Virus record (IMG/VR): IMGVR_UViG_3300045988_073134
Reading direction: 5' to 3' (one strand)
Length of the DNA stretch: 64,000 bases
Origin: a virus
A model generated the notes under the pieces. The model was not told the DNA's origin and did not search any database. It saw only the letters and a list, made by a program, of their open reading frames with translations. Position numbers and translations under genes: made by a program. Position 1 is the stretch's first letter. Every line of letters starts with the position of its first letter. Shown here piece after piece: positions 20,802 through 29,608 of this stretch.

Positions 20802-21152
20802 CTATTCATTATAATTAAAAATTACTGGTGTTCTGCAAGTTAGAGAACACACATAACATCTTAAATCTTGGTCATACATATCATCGCTCATGTCGTGCGT
20901 GATTTCAATGCCAGCTACATATAACGCTTTTCTAACTTTGTTTCTCAACGTATCTAGTTGTAGAGGGCTATGTGGAGTATAGATATATATAATCCAGTTA
21001 TCCCATCCACAAAGGGTATTATCAAAACTTTGGTTAGCGCTTGTTCTCATTATTATTGCAGTATCTTCTGTGATACGTGCAGGACGGTCATGTACTGGCA
21101 CTGTTCTCAACACGTCTTTTACTACATTATATATATTAAGTCTCGCACTCAT
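20802..21152 (-). CDS. Tail terminator / completion protein (positional call)
   Basis: 116 aa, between the gp10-like gene and the major tail gene. Confidence 0.4.
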   Translation of the reverse strand: MSARLNIYNVVKDVLRTVPVHDRPARITEDTAIIMRTSANQSFDNTLCGWDNWIIYIYTPHSPLQLDTLRNKVRKALYVAGIEITHDMSDDMYDQDLRCYVCSLTCRTPVIFNYNE

Positions 21153-21166
21153 TTTTTAACCCTCCT

Positions 21167-21517
21167 TTAAAACAAGTTGCGTATCATGCCTTTAAAATTA
21201 TTTATCTCACTGTCTCTTGCTTTTTCTAATATCTGATATTTACCATCAAAGTCAGCTCGTGTCTCTAAGTAGTAACCATAGTAAACACCATGTTTAATAC
21301 TAATATCTAAATCGTTCTCAGTTACTTTATATTCACCTTTCAATTTATTTTGCGCTGTCTTAGTTCTATTTGTCCAAGGGTGATTAGCTTTTGCATAAGT
21401 TTGCATATTTTTACTAATAGTACTACCTACTACCTTTAACTCAGCCTGCATTGTTTTGTCAAAGTTTTTTATTTTGTCATTGAATTCTTTAGTATCGAAT
21501 GTTATTGTATTAGCCAT
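21167..21517 (-). CDS. HK97 gp10-like head-tail joining protein
   Basis: 116 aa. The call rests on position and on a HGVYYGYYLE segment reminiscent of the gp10 family. Confidence 0.4.
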   Translation of the reverse strand: MANTITFDTKEFNDKIKNFDKTMQAELKVVGSTISKNMQTYAKANHPWTNRTKTAQNKLKGEYKVTENDLDISIKHGVYYGYYLETRADFDGKYQILEKARDSEINNFKGMIRNLF

Positions 21518-21911
21518 CTAAATCAACCCTTTCCAATGAAACTTGGTATAATAGATTATAATGCACTACATCTATTATCTCCAGTACTTTGTAATAAGCA
21601 TTTTCATAAACTATAAAATCATCTTCCTGTAATGGAAAATCTTTTACATATGTAGCATAAAGTGTAGCATATGAATAACCTTTTATAATACCTTGGTCAT
21701 TATTAGTTATACTTTTACTTCTGCCACTGGAACTGTTATCTATTACACATTGTAAATCTTGTACATGAACCATTTCTTCTTTTAATACTTTACATCCCAT
21801 TGCATCCACTTCATATATATCCCTATATATTGGTACTTGATAACCATAACTATTTATGACACTCTGTACCTTCTTAATTACTCCAGCCTGTATTGTTTGT
21901 CTATTGCTCAT
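21510..21911 (-). CDS. Head closure / head-tail adaptor (positional call)
   Basis: 133 aa with coupled overlaps to both neighbours. Confidence 0.4.
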   Translation of the reverse strand: MSNRQTIQAGVIKKVQSVINSYGYQVPIYRDIYEVDAMGCKVLKEEMVHVQDLQCVIDNSSSGRSKSITNNDQGIIKGYSYATLYATYVKDFPLQEDDFIVYENAYYKVLEIIDVVHYNLLYQVSLERVDLDG

Positions 21912-22209
21912 CTACTCTACGTGGCACCTTTCCAGTTATGGAGGTCGCTTTTCCGCCGTTTATGTCTTTGTTGTATTGGTCTAAAAACATCTTGGCCATA
22001 TTGTTCCACATATCAGCGCTGTTCTTTATTGTTATGGCACCAATTGTGATTTCATCTGCACTCGCTTTAGCTAAACAACATATATAGGCCAATTGATATA
22101 TATTATCATACATAACCGCCATTGCCATTAGTTGTTCATCTGTAAATGTAGGATATTGGTCTTCCATTATCAAGACTTTTAGTTGGTCAATATTTACCAC
22201 GCAACCCAC
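21901..22209 (-). CDS. Head-tail connector (gp6-like, positional call)
   Basis: 102 aa and the first gene after the capsid gene terminator. Confidence 0.4.
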   Translation of the reverse strand: MGCVVNIDQLKVLIMEDQYPTFTDEQLMAMAVMYDNIYQLAYICCLAKASADEITIGAITIKNSADMWNNMAKMFLDQYNKDINGGKATSITGKVPRRVDEQ

Positions 22210-22214
22210 CTCCT

Positions 22215-22261
22215 ATAAAAAAATTGAGTAGGCTAAGCTGTATTGTTAGCCTTGCCTACTC
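22215..22261 (-). terminator. Intrinsic terminator directly after the major capsid gene
   Basis: The minus strand reads GAGTAGGCAAGGCTAACAATACAGCTTAGCCTACTC followed by AATTTTTTTATAGGAGG. The T-run runs straight into the next RBS. Confidence 0.6.
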
Positions 22262-22294
22262 TGTATATATAAGGGAATACAATGAGCTATTTAA

Positions 22295-23395
22295 TTATGC
22301 ATCTATTGCAGCTTTACCACTTACATCTATTACTGCACAATTGTCTATTGCTTCGAATGAAGGAATCATAACACATGATACAACAGTTACAACTTGCACT
22401 GGATGTTTTTCTTTGAATGTAGTAACAGTAGTACCATAAGCAGCTTGTGCCACTTGAGCATCTGTTCCTGACATTAAGTCAGATGCTTCAGGAGTAGTAC
22501 CATATACAGTATTACCTAAGTTTCCACTTGGCATTAATACAACTTTATTATCAGGTATTAATGTTACTTGTTCTGTGGCATGAGCTAAGCCAGTTGAGTG
22601 GTCTAGTTTACCAAATTTCTTACTGTATACGTAGATTGATATTCCAGTTACTTGTTCAATGAATGATTTCTTTTGTTGTTCACTAACAAAGTAGTGCATT
22701 GTAGAATCGTCTGGATACATCATCTTTTGAACTGTATCACAGTTTATCATATTTAAAAATGTGTTTCTATTCATTACTGCTCTAGAAGGTCTTATACCAG
22801 TTTTTAATTCCATATCATCACAGATATCAATTAAGTCTCTAACTGGGTCAGCAGTAGTTTTAGATGCTGGTAACCATGCATCTCTAACAGCTTTGTATAA
22901 GTTTGTCATACCATAATCATATACATAACGTGCTCTACCATCTGCACTAGCAACATCTATTTTACCGTCAACCATTAGTTGACAACGCATAATTTCTGCT
23001 TGAACTCTAGCACCTTCTATTAATCTAGCAGCTTCATCAAATATTTTTCTTATAAGTGGTAGTGCCACTGTGTTATCAGGGTGAGCTAATAATAGATTTA
23101 ATTGTTGTCTATCTTTTTCACCAATTCTCATAGCTTCTCTAAAGAATGCCATTTCAGTAGCAACTGCTTCAAATCCTTCTTTTTCTCTCATACGTGCTTT
23201 AACATCGTATTCAGATGGTTGTAGTGCCACTGGAAGTCCATTAGCTCCTTTTAACCAGCTTATATCAGTTCCCATACTTGTACGTGAAGGGAATAGTGTT
23301 TCAGCAAAGTATGGTTCTTTATTTATAGGGTTTTCTTTCACATATGCAGCAATTTCTTTTGCGTTTATATAATCAAATAAGTTTACATTTGCCAT
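22295..23395 (-). CDS. Major capsid protein (lambda gpE-like family)
   Basis: 366 aa. The N-terminus MANVNLFDYINAKEIAAYV...YFAETLFPSRTSMGTDISWLKG matches my recollection of the Phage_cap_E family. It lies downstream of scaffold and decoration genes. Confidence 0.8.
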   Translation of the reverse strand: MANVNLFDYINAKEIAAYVKENPINKEPYFAETLFPSRTSMGTDISWLKGANGLPVALQPSEYDVKARMREKEGFEAVATEMAFFREAMRIGEKDRQQLNLLLAHPDNTVALPLIRKIFDEAARLIEGARVQAEIMRCQLMVDGKIDVASADGRARYVYDYGMTNLYKAVRDAWLPASKTTADPVRDLIDICDDMELKTGIRPSRAVMNRNTFLNMINCDTVQKMMYPDDSTMHYFVSEQQKKSFIEQVTGISIYVYSKKFGKLDHSTGLAHATEQVTLIPDNKVVLMPSGNLGNTVYGTTPEASDLMSGTDAQVAQAAYGTTVTTFKEKHPVQVVTVVSCVMIPSFEAIDNCAVIDVSGKAAIDA

Positions 23396-23409
23396 TTACA
23401 ATACACCTC

Positions 23410-23832
23410 CTAGTTATTTACCACGTGAATTAAATCACTAAAGTCTAAGTTTTCTTTGTCACCTATTAATCTATCTTTTCTTACAAATCCATGCACTAAT
23501 ACGGCTGCATTAACATATGGGTCTGTAACTGCATCATAGTCTTCTATGTCTATAGTGTTGAATAATACTGCATTAGCTTTAGTACCGTCAGTAACAGTTT
23601 TAGAATAAGTTGGTTTTGATACATTACCATCTGCATCCATATAAACTAAAGTACCTCTTGCAATAACTTTACCACTCTTTTCTCCATAAGTATCAGCATC
23701 TGTAGTTGCTAACTTAGCAAGTTCTGCAAAAGCTATTTTACCAGGTAAGTTAACATAGTGGTCAGGAAATGCTAAAAATTGTCTCTCTGGTGGTAGAATT
23801 TTCTTAGTTCTTAATTTTGGCATATAAGCCAC
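23410..23832 (-). CDS. Head decoration protein (gpD-like)
   Basis: 140 aa immediately upstream of the gpE-like capsid gene, as in lambda. It has a GTLVY...AVLVHGFV pattern. Confidence 0.5.
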   Translation of the reverse strand: MAYMPKLRTKKILPPERQFLAFPDHYVNLPGKIAFAELAKLATTDADTYGEKSGKVIARGTLVYMDADGNVSKPTYSKTVTDGTKANAVLFNTIDIEDYDAVTDPYVNAAVLVHGFVRKDRLIGDKENLDFSDLIHVVNN

Positions 23833-23841
23833 CTCCTAAAT

Positions 23842-24495
23842 TTATTTATCATTATTAAAGAAATAATTACTATCGATTTGTTGAGCTTGTTCGTTACATT
23901 GTTTACCTAATAGTGACCCAAAGTCACCTTCATGTGTAGTTTTACTACCAAAAGCATTTAAGTTACTTGGCTTTCCAGGAGAACCAAGATTTAAAAAACC
24001 CTTATTGGGTTGTGGTTGTGGCTCTGCATTATCAAATAGATAGGCCTTGTCCTTTTGTAATGCAGTTAACTGGTCTGTTAATCCTTCAACAGTACCATCA
24101 TCTTTTAATACGACTTTTTCCATATCTAAGAATTTCATCAAGTCGTTTACATCTTTAGGTTTAGCCTCAGCTAACTCTTTATTTATGGCAGTTGTTAATT
24201 TCTCTTTTTTAGCAGTCGCTTCCATGCCGGCAATTTTTTCTTCTAAAGCTTTAACTTGTTTCTCAGCTTCAGTAGGATTTTTTACTTGCTTTTGTAAGGA
24301 CTCAATCTCATCATTAGCCTCTGCTAACTCCGCTATCTTGGCATCTAAGCGATTTTTAGGTACATATTTATTATCCTTACCATCATCTATCAGTACTTTG
24401 CATCCCTGCTCTTCTAGGGCTTTTGTTATAGCTAATTCTACCTCAGCTGCATTATCAAGTCCTGCTAAAAATTCTCTTAATTTTCTTTTCGCCAT
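23842..24495 (-). CDS. Scaffolding protein (GP20-like coiled coil)
   Basis: Rich in Ala, Glu and Lys with coiled-coil character. ATG 24495 (MAKRKLREFL) has RBS GGAGGT, whereas the track start at 24519 lacks one. Confidence 0.6.
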   Translation of the reverse strand: MAKRKLREFLAGLDNAAEVELAITKALEEQGCKVLIDDGKDNKYVPKNRLDAKIAELAEANDEIESLQKQVKNPTEAEKQVKALEEKIAGMEATAKKEKLTTAINKELAEAKPKDVNDLMKFLDMEKVVLKDDGTVEGLTDQLTALQKDKAYLFDNAEPQPQPNKGFLNLGSPGKPSNLNAFGSKTTHEGDFGSLLGKQCNEQAQQIDSNYFFNNDK

Positions 24496-24611
24496 ACTTA
24501 CCTCCAGTTTAACGTCCATCGACGATTATATGCAGTGTTTTGAGAAAACAAAGAAAACATTATTAATACTTAATACGAGGATTTAAAGGGTATCCAAGAA
24601 CCTCTTGTCGT

Positions 24612-24649
24612 ATTTATATATTACATTCATTGGAAAAATATTAACTAAA
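24612..24649 (-). promoter_or_regulatory. Degenerate copy (38 nt) of the 37-bp promoter motif, upstream of the scaffold/capsid operon
   Basis: The + strand reads tttatatattacattcattggaaaaatattaactaaa. The minus strand has TTAGTT ... TAATAT. It lies just downstream of terminator 24660-24688 and about 115 nt before ATG 24495. Confidence 0.3.
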
Positions 24650-24659
24650 ATTGAGCAAT

Positions 24660-24688
24660 AAAAAACACCCAACAATTAAGTTAGGTGT
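24660..24688 (-). terminator. Intrinsic terminator after the 122-aa HExxH gene
   Basis: The minus strand reads ACACCTAAC-TTAATT-GTTGGGTGT followed by TTTTTTAT. The stem is 9 bp with one mismatch. Confidence 0.55.
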
Positions 24689-24696
24689 TTAATAAT

Positions 24697-25065
24697 CTAT
24701 TTAGTTTCCTCCACTGGTGGGTATTTCTTATCATATTCCTCTGGTGTTAGTGTTAGGTCGGGGTTGTCTAGTAATACCTGGTGCATCATCATTCCCATAC
24801 CGTCTATAACTTTTTCAAAGTCATCATAGCTAAGTCCCATTGCTTGTAAGTCTATGCCACGCTCAAACATCATTGCGTGTGCTAACTCGTGGTAAAATGT
24901 TTGCATCAAACCTTGGTCATCTTGTAGTGTTGGGTCTAGTTGTATAGTATGGATATCTTTATCACATACTCCCAAACACTGTCTATCATTAAATGATATT
25001 GGTCTATCAGTTAACTCCACTTTATAAAATACACTTCCAACTCTTACTTCTTCAGGTATTACCAT
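24697..25065 (-). CDS. Small putative zinc metallopeptidase (HExxH)
   Basis: 122 aa with the motif YHELAHAMMFERG, encoded near 24868-24895. Confidence 0.45.
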   Translation of the reverse strand: MVIPEEVRVGSVFYKVELTDRPISFNDRQCLGVCDKDIHTIQLDPTLQDDQGLMQTFYHELAHAMMFERGIDLQAMGLSYDDFEKVIDGMGMMMHQVLLDNPDLTLTPEEYDKKYPPVEETK

Positions 25066-25077
25066 ATAAATCCCTCC

Positions 25078-25254
25078 CTATTTTATTATATCTTTATTTT
25101 TACCATCTGCATAAAATATTTCACCATAAGTTTTATTGCTAGATATACATCTATCTATGATGTCTATTATCTCTTGTTCAGTAAGTCCTTCTACTTCCAT
25201 TAATGGAAAGTATTCTTCAAATTTGTCTAAATAGTTTTGTAATTTTTCTCTCAT
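25078..25254 (-). CDS. Hypothetical protein
   Basis: ATG 25254 (MREKLQNY...) has RBS AAGGAG at 25264-25269. The track start at 25263 is a TTG inside the spacer. Confidence 0.5.
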   Translation of the reverse strand: MREKLQNYLDKFEEYFPLMEVEGLTEQEIIDIIDRCISSNKTYGEIFYADGKNKDIIK

Positions 25255-25269
25255 TCTTATCAACTCCTT

Positions 25270-25306
25270 ACATATATAGTATAGTAAATCTCATCTATTT
25301 ACTAAC
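25270..25306 (-). promoter_or_regulatory. 37-bp promoter motif copy P1
   Basis: The + strand reads acatatatagtatagtaaatctcatctatttactaac. It abuts the RBS of 25078..25254 and contains the stop codon of 25306..27201. Confidence 0.5.
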
Positions 25307-27201
25307 TACTTTTTAAATTGTTTTAATGTATCTTTTACTATTTTATCATATGACTTCATCATCTCAGGGAAGTTTTCATATAGGAATTTTCTAGTCTCGG
25401 GTTGTGTCATATTCGAACTAATCTCAGCCCATAGTTCACTAGATACTTCTATACAAGCTGACTCATATGCACTAATATTTCCATCTTGATTTCTTGTATA
25501 GTACTTAGCATCATGTCCCCATTTAGTCTTCACTGCTCCTGCCGACATCCCTTTAGCTGCATCTTGTAATGCTATTGTAAATACTTCATTATCATGTAAG
25601 AAGTCTGCAAATTTACCATTAACTAAAGCTGCTGGTGTATTTTCTAATGTTTTCTTACCATGGAATTTTTCTTGTACCCATTTAGCCTGCCAGTTATTCA
25701 TATCTCGCTCAAAAGCTTGAGCTAACCCAGTAGGTTTTATGGCGTTCTTTAATGTTATCTTAGAATACATAGGTTCACTACCTCCGGAGAACCTATACAT
25801 TTTAAAATCATCGGGTGTTGCTTGGTCGTCTATCATATGTCCCCACTCGTGGAATAATACGTCATATCTATGTTTTTCCCCAAACTGTATTCTAAGGTTT
25901 CGTTCATCTTTTAAGGACATATGTATCTTTTTATCAGTAGGTGAATAAAATGCTCCACCAGTTGAATTTGTACGTTGGAACTTACCTATACTTAAGTACA
26001 TATCTTGTACCTCTAATGGTGCTTGTTTTAACGCCTCTAATATACCTTCAGTAGTGTATTTTTTATTTGTTTTGGATATTTGTTTTTTAAGTGTTTCATG
26101 TAATTCAGTATATTTAGCTGCACGCTCTTCCTCAGTATAAATACCACGTTGTTTAACTGCTTTCTTAATTGTCTTCTTAATTGATTTAGCTGGTTGCTTA
26201 GTTCCTCCAAGACCTTTATACTCAGGTATTTTGTTCATAGCACCGCTATTCTTCTCGCCATTCGCCCATGCTCTCATGTCTTTAGCAATCTCCTCAGGTG
26301 TTGCCTCTTTGCCATTTATCATCCATACTGGTTCTAGCCAACACGCTCCATTTGGATGGTCAAGTGGGATATCTTCTTTATCAACTATAAATATATGACC
26401 ATCTCTCTCGTTACACAAATCACAAGTTCTACCTGCTTCGTGATTACTATGCCATTTAACACCTCCCATGTATGGATTAACTTTTCTAGTATTAATTGTC
26501 TCTATCTGAGATTGATGTGTGATTGTAGTTCGTGCTAATCTTAATGACTCATAGTCTAGTCCACTACTATATTTTCTAGCATAACCACTACCTAGTTTTT
26601 CTCTTATCTTATTTCTACTCCATGTATGATGCCCACCCATAGCAAACTGTTTTAAGTTCTCAGCCATCTCAGCAGCTCCCATACCTTCTGCCATACAACT
26701 AGCTACTGCGTCCTCTATTTTTTCACCGCTAGTATTAGTGCAGCTCCATAGTCTTTTATCCAGTCCTTTTCTATCCTGGTATAGTTTTCCCCTTATTACT
26801 TGGTCTACTGTATCTGCATTAACTATGTCCACTAAAGTATCCACTTGGTCTTTAATTTGTTTATATCCATCTCCCATTAATAGTTGCATCATTTGTTTAT
26901 TTATATCAGCTAAATCATTAGCAACCTTACTATTATATTTCTTAACTACCTTTAGTAATTCGTCGTATATTTGCTGGCTGTATGCAGCAGTTAAGTTCTT
27001 TACAGCCTTACTATCTCCATAAGCATTTTTTATTCCTCTATTAATTGTATCCATATAAGCCTTTTTATAGACTTGTATTATCTGTTGTTGTTGATATTTA
27101 GTCAGCTCTCTTGGTTTATTTCTCAATTGTTTATTTAATGTTTCTAAGTACTCTAATCCGTTCTGTGTTTGTGTATCGCTAATAAACTGAGTCTTTGCCA
27201 T
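25306..27201 (-). CDS. MuF / SPP1 gp7-family head morphogenesis protein fused to a C-terminal HExxH (zincin-like) domain
   Basis: The MuF-type segment is RLARTTITHQSQIE...VKWHSNHEAGRTCDLCNERDGHIF. The C-terminal ~250 aa contain YDVLFHEWGHMIDD, encoded near 25832-25858. Confidence 0.65.
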   Translation of the reverse strand: MAKTQFISDTQTQNGLEYLETLNKQLRNKPRELTKYQQQQIIQVYKKAYMDTINRGIKNAYGDSKAVKNLTAAYSQQIYDELLKVVKKYNSKVANDLADINKQMMQLLMGDGYKQIKDQVDTLVDIVNADTVDQVIRGKLYQDRKGLDKRLWSCTNTSGEKIEDAVASCMAEGMGAAEMAENLKQFAMGGHHTWSRNKIREKLGSGYARKYSSGLDYESLRLARTTITHQSQIETINTRKVNPYMGGVKWHSNHEAGRTCDLCNERDGHIFIVDKEDIPLDHPNGACWLEPVWMINGKEATPEEIAKDMRAWANGEKNSGAMNKIPEYKGLGGTKQPAKSIKKTIKKAVKQRGIYTEEERAAKYTELHETLKKQISKTNKKYTTEGILEALKQAPLEVQDMYLSIGKFQRTNSTGGAFYSPTDKKIHMSLKDERNLRIQFGEKHRYDVLFHEWGHMIDDQATPDDFKMYRFSGGSEPMYSKITLKNAIKPTGLAQAFERDMNNWQAKWVQEKFHGKKTLENTPAALVNGKFADFLHDNEVFTIALQDAAKGMSAGAVKTKWGHDAKYYTRNQDGNISAYESACIEVSSELWAEISSNMTQPETRKFLYENFPEMMKSYDKIVKDTLKQFKK

Positions 27202-27230
27202 ACCTCCACCTCCTATACAATTTATTCTAT

Positions 27231-27257
27231 TAAAAAAGGAGGTTTATTAACCCCCTT
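27231..27257 (-). terminator. Terminator-like hairpin flush with the MuF gene RBS
   Basis: The minus-strand RNA reads AAGGGGGU-UAAUAA-ACCUCCUU followed by UUUUAAUAG, with one G-U pair. Confidence 0.4.
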
Positions 27258-27262
27258 TACTG

Positions 27263-27694
27263 CTACTTAATGTAGCCTTTATATTTTTCTTTTAATACTT
27301 TACCACGTGCAGCTATATCACGTCTAAGTTCTGTTATTGTGTCTAAATAATCTTTTTCCTTTTTATTTATTCTGTCCTGTATATCTTGTGGAACAAATCC
27401 ATGTATTTTAAGTTGTTCTTTTACTTCATATCTATTGCTATATTGTATTTTCTTTAGTTCTTCTAATAAATCTTGTAGTTGTGCCATCTCTCTACGTAGT
27501 TGATTGTCAGTTACAACTGTTACATATTGAGCTCCACATCTACATTCAAATCCTCTAATAATAATACAACCTTTTAATATAGCTAATTCTTTTTCTCTTG
27601 GATAAAACTCTCTGCCACACTTATCACATTTACATTTGAACTTCAATTGTTTTTCCCCTCTACGTCCTTTTGTCCATCCACCTTGTTTACTCAT
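27263..27694 (-). CDS. Zinc-ribbon plus coiled-coil protein, function unknown
   Basis: Contains CKCDKCGREF...CRCGAQY and then a coiled coil. ATG 27694 has RBS GGAGG at 27704-27708. The track start at 27703 is a TTG. Confidence 0.5.
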   Translation of the reverse strand: MSKQGGWTKGRRGEKQLKFKCKCDKCGREFYPREKELAILKGCIIIRGFECRCGAQYVTVVTDNQLRREMAQLQDLLEELKKIQYSNRYEVKEQLKIHGFVPQDIQDRINKKEKDYLDTITELRRDIAARGKVLKEKYKGYIK

Positions 27695-27723
27695 ATCAAT
27701 CAACCTCCTACACTTTTTTATCT

Positions 27724-27760
27724 ACATATATAGTATAGAAAATTAGTTGTTTTTACTAAT
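27724..27760 (-). promoter_or_regulatory. 37-bp promoter motif copy P2
   Basis: The + strand reads acatatatagtatagaaaattagttgtttttactaat (variant last base). It lies between the portal gene and 27263..27694. Confidence 0.5.
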
Positions 27761-29335
27761 AGAGCCATTTAAATCGGCCATACTATTTTGAGTCATGTTG
27801 ACTTTATCCATCTCATCTAGGATTTCATCAAACTCTTTATCAGCTTCCTCAGCAGAACCAAATTCTCTAATGTAACTTTGTTTACTACGTACATTGGCTT
27901 CTACTTCTTTGATTGCTATTGTCTTAGTATCAACTTCATCATCAGGAATTGGATAGTTATGGTCTAAATCTAGACTTACTTTATATTGCATAGATTGTTT
28001 AATAGTTGGGTCTTCAGGATATAAATCACTCTTTAATACTATTTCTTCAATTAATCTTAATAGCCATACAATCGCCTCATCCCATGTTGCCCATTTTTCT
28101 TCACAACGAGTAATAAGGTCATCATATAACATACGTAGAGCTTTACCACTGGCCACATTTACTAATGACTCAGGTAATGGTTGTTCCATGCATTCATACA
28201 TATCTTTTTTCAATCTCTCAAGATAAGCATCGGCTGCTCCTTGGAAGGTGAACTCACTACCGACCTTTTGTACAGAGGCTTGTTTATAGCTACCATTAGA
28301 AGTACCCATTCCTAAAGATGTATCAGTTTTTATATCTAGTATTGCTCCTGGAGCAATAACAATTCCTTCAATAGAAGCACTATCTGCATCTATGAATGCA
28401 GTTTGGTCAAACATAGCAAATCTTAAACTGTCTCTGTAGTCACTGACAGTCTTGTTATAGTCTATCTGCATATCCATTAAATCTTTGACATCACTACGTC
28501 CTCTAATATCACCTGTAAGGCCATCGTTAAATACAACAGTGCAAGGTATGCAGCTCAACCCAGTATTCCATTCACTACGTATTTCTACTTGTTGCATCTG
28601 TTGTTCATCTTGTTCCTCACCAGCTATACTACTATTTAATATGTTTGGTACTTCGGCATAGGCTATTGTGTTAGTACCATCTACTACCATATAAGTACAC
28701 CAGCATTCTTCGCCTCTCATCTCATAAATCCATTTATGCCATCTTTGTTCGTTTTGTAGTTTACCCACTGTACTCTCATCTTGATATGCTATCTGAACTT
28801 TAATTAATTTGTCACAGTCGTTTGGGTCATATTCATATAAGAACTCAGGCATTGTATAAAATCTAAATTTGATAGGAGCATTGTCTATTGGATTGCCATA
28901 GTCATCTACATCTAACATTAATGCTAATAATACACGTTTACCTATAACACAGTCCATAAATGCTTTACTGAACTTATTCCAAAACTTTCCATCATCTAAT
29001 ATTTTCTCAAAGGCAATACGTTTATCATCAACTAGTGTTGGGTCAGTACCATCTACACTCTTTACTACTATAGTAGGTGGTACACTGGTCATAAATCTTC
29101 CTTGTTTCTTTAGTAGTTTCTTTGTTAGGTTTCTTATCTCTCTTGTTGGTCTATAATCTCTGTCTTTTACTGCCCATAGTTGGCCAGTTCCATCTTCTAA
29201 ATCATCTTCTAATTGTTCAGGTCTACCTTCATAGAATTCATAGTAAGCTTTTACTTGTTGAAGTTCTTCTAAAAATCTTCTATCTGTACTGTATAATCCT
29301 ACTAAGGCTCTATCTATACTGTTATACAAACTCAT
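27743..29335 (-). CDS. Portal protein (SPP1 gp6-like)
   Basis: 530 aa. The call rests on position between the terminase and MuF genes and on an acidic C-terminus. Confidence 0.7.
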   Translation of the reverse strand: MSLYNSIDRALVGLYSTDRRFLEELQQVKAYYEFYEGRPEQLEDDLEDGTGQLWAVKDRDYRPTREIRNLTKKLLKKQGRFMTSVPPTIVVKSVDGTDPTLVDDKRIAFEKILDDGKFWNKFSKAFMDCVIGKRVLLALMLDVDDYGNPIDNAPIKFRFYTMPEFLYEYDPNDCDKLIKVQIAYQDESTVGKLQNEQRWHKWIYEMRGEECWCTYMVVDGTNTIAYAEVPNILNSSIAGEEQDEQQMQQVEIRSEWNTGLSCIPCTVVFNDGLTGDIRGRSDVKDLMDMQIDYNKTVSDYRDSLRFAMFDQTAFIDADSASIEGIVIAPGAILDIKTDTSLGMGTSNGSYKQASVQKVGSEFTFQGAADAYLERLKKDMYECMEQPLPESLVNVASGKALRMLYDDLITRCEEKWATWDEAIVWLLRLIEEIVLKSDLYPEDPTIKQSMQYKVSLDLDHNYPIPDDEVDTKTIAIKEVEANVRSKQSYIREFGSAEEADKEFDEILDEMDKVNMTQNSMADLNGSISKNN

Positions 29336-29349
29336 CTTTACCTACCTCC

Positions 29350-29595
29350 TTATTTAATCTTCTCATATTTCTTTTCAAATACATCTGGTTTACAAGGGTA
29401 AAATTCACCCCTTAAACCCTTTATTATATAATCATTAATATTCGCTTTCATTCTACCTTCTAATGTATCAATAAATAAATCATCTACATCATTCCAAAGT
29501 ATTTTACCTTGGCCCCAATCTAATAGTTCTATTATATTTTTACCTGTCCATTGAATAGCCTCAATCTCGCATGGTTTTGTTTTGTATCTTGCCAT
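29350..29595 (-). CDS. Hypothetical protein
   Basis: ATG 29595 (MARYKTKPCEIEAIQW...) has RBS GGAGGA at 29601-29606. The track start at 29631 overlaps the terminase gene and has no RBS. Confidence 0.5.
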   Translation of the reverse strand: MARYKTKPCEIEAIQWTGKNIIELLDWGQGKILWNDVDDLFIDTLEGRMKANINDYIIKGLRGEFYPCKPDVFEKKYEKIK

Positions 29596-29608
29596 ATTAA
29601 TCCTCCTT

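Noticed and set aside
24047-24586. Plus-strand ORFs throughout the track (for example 24047..24586, 34321..34728, 13815..14192, 50440..50808, 40481..40837)
   Set aside because: All are nested antisense to long, motif-supported minus-strand genes. They lack GGAGG-type RBSs and encode low-complexity Leu/Ile/Phe/Ser-rich strings typical of the reverse frame of AT-rich coding DNA.
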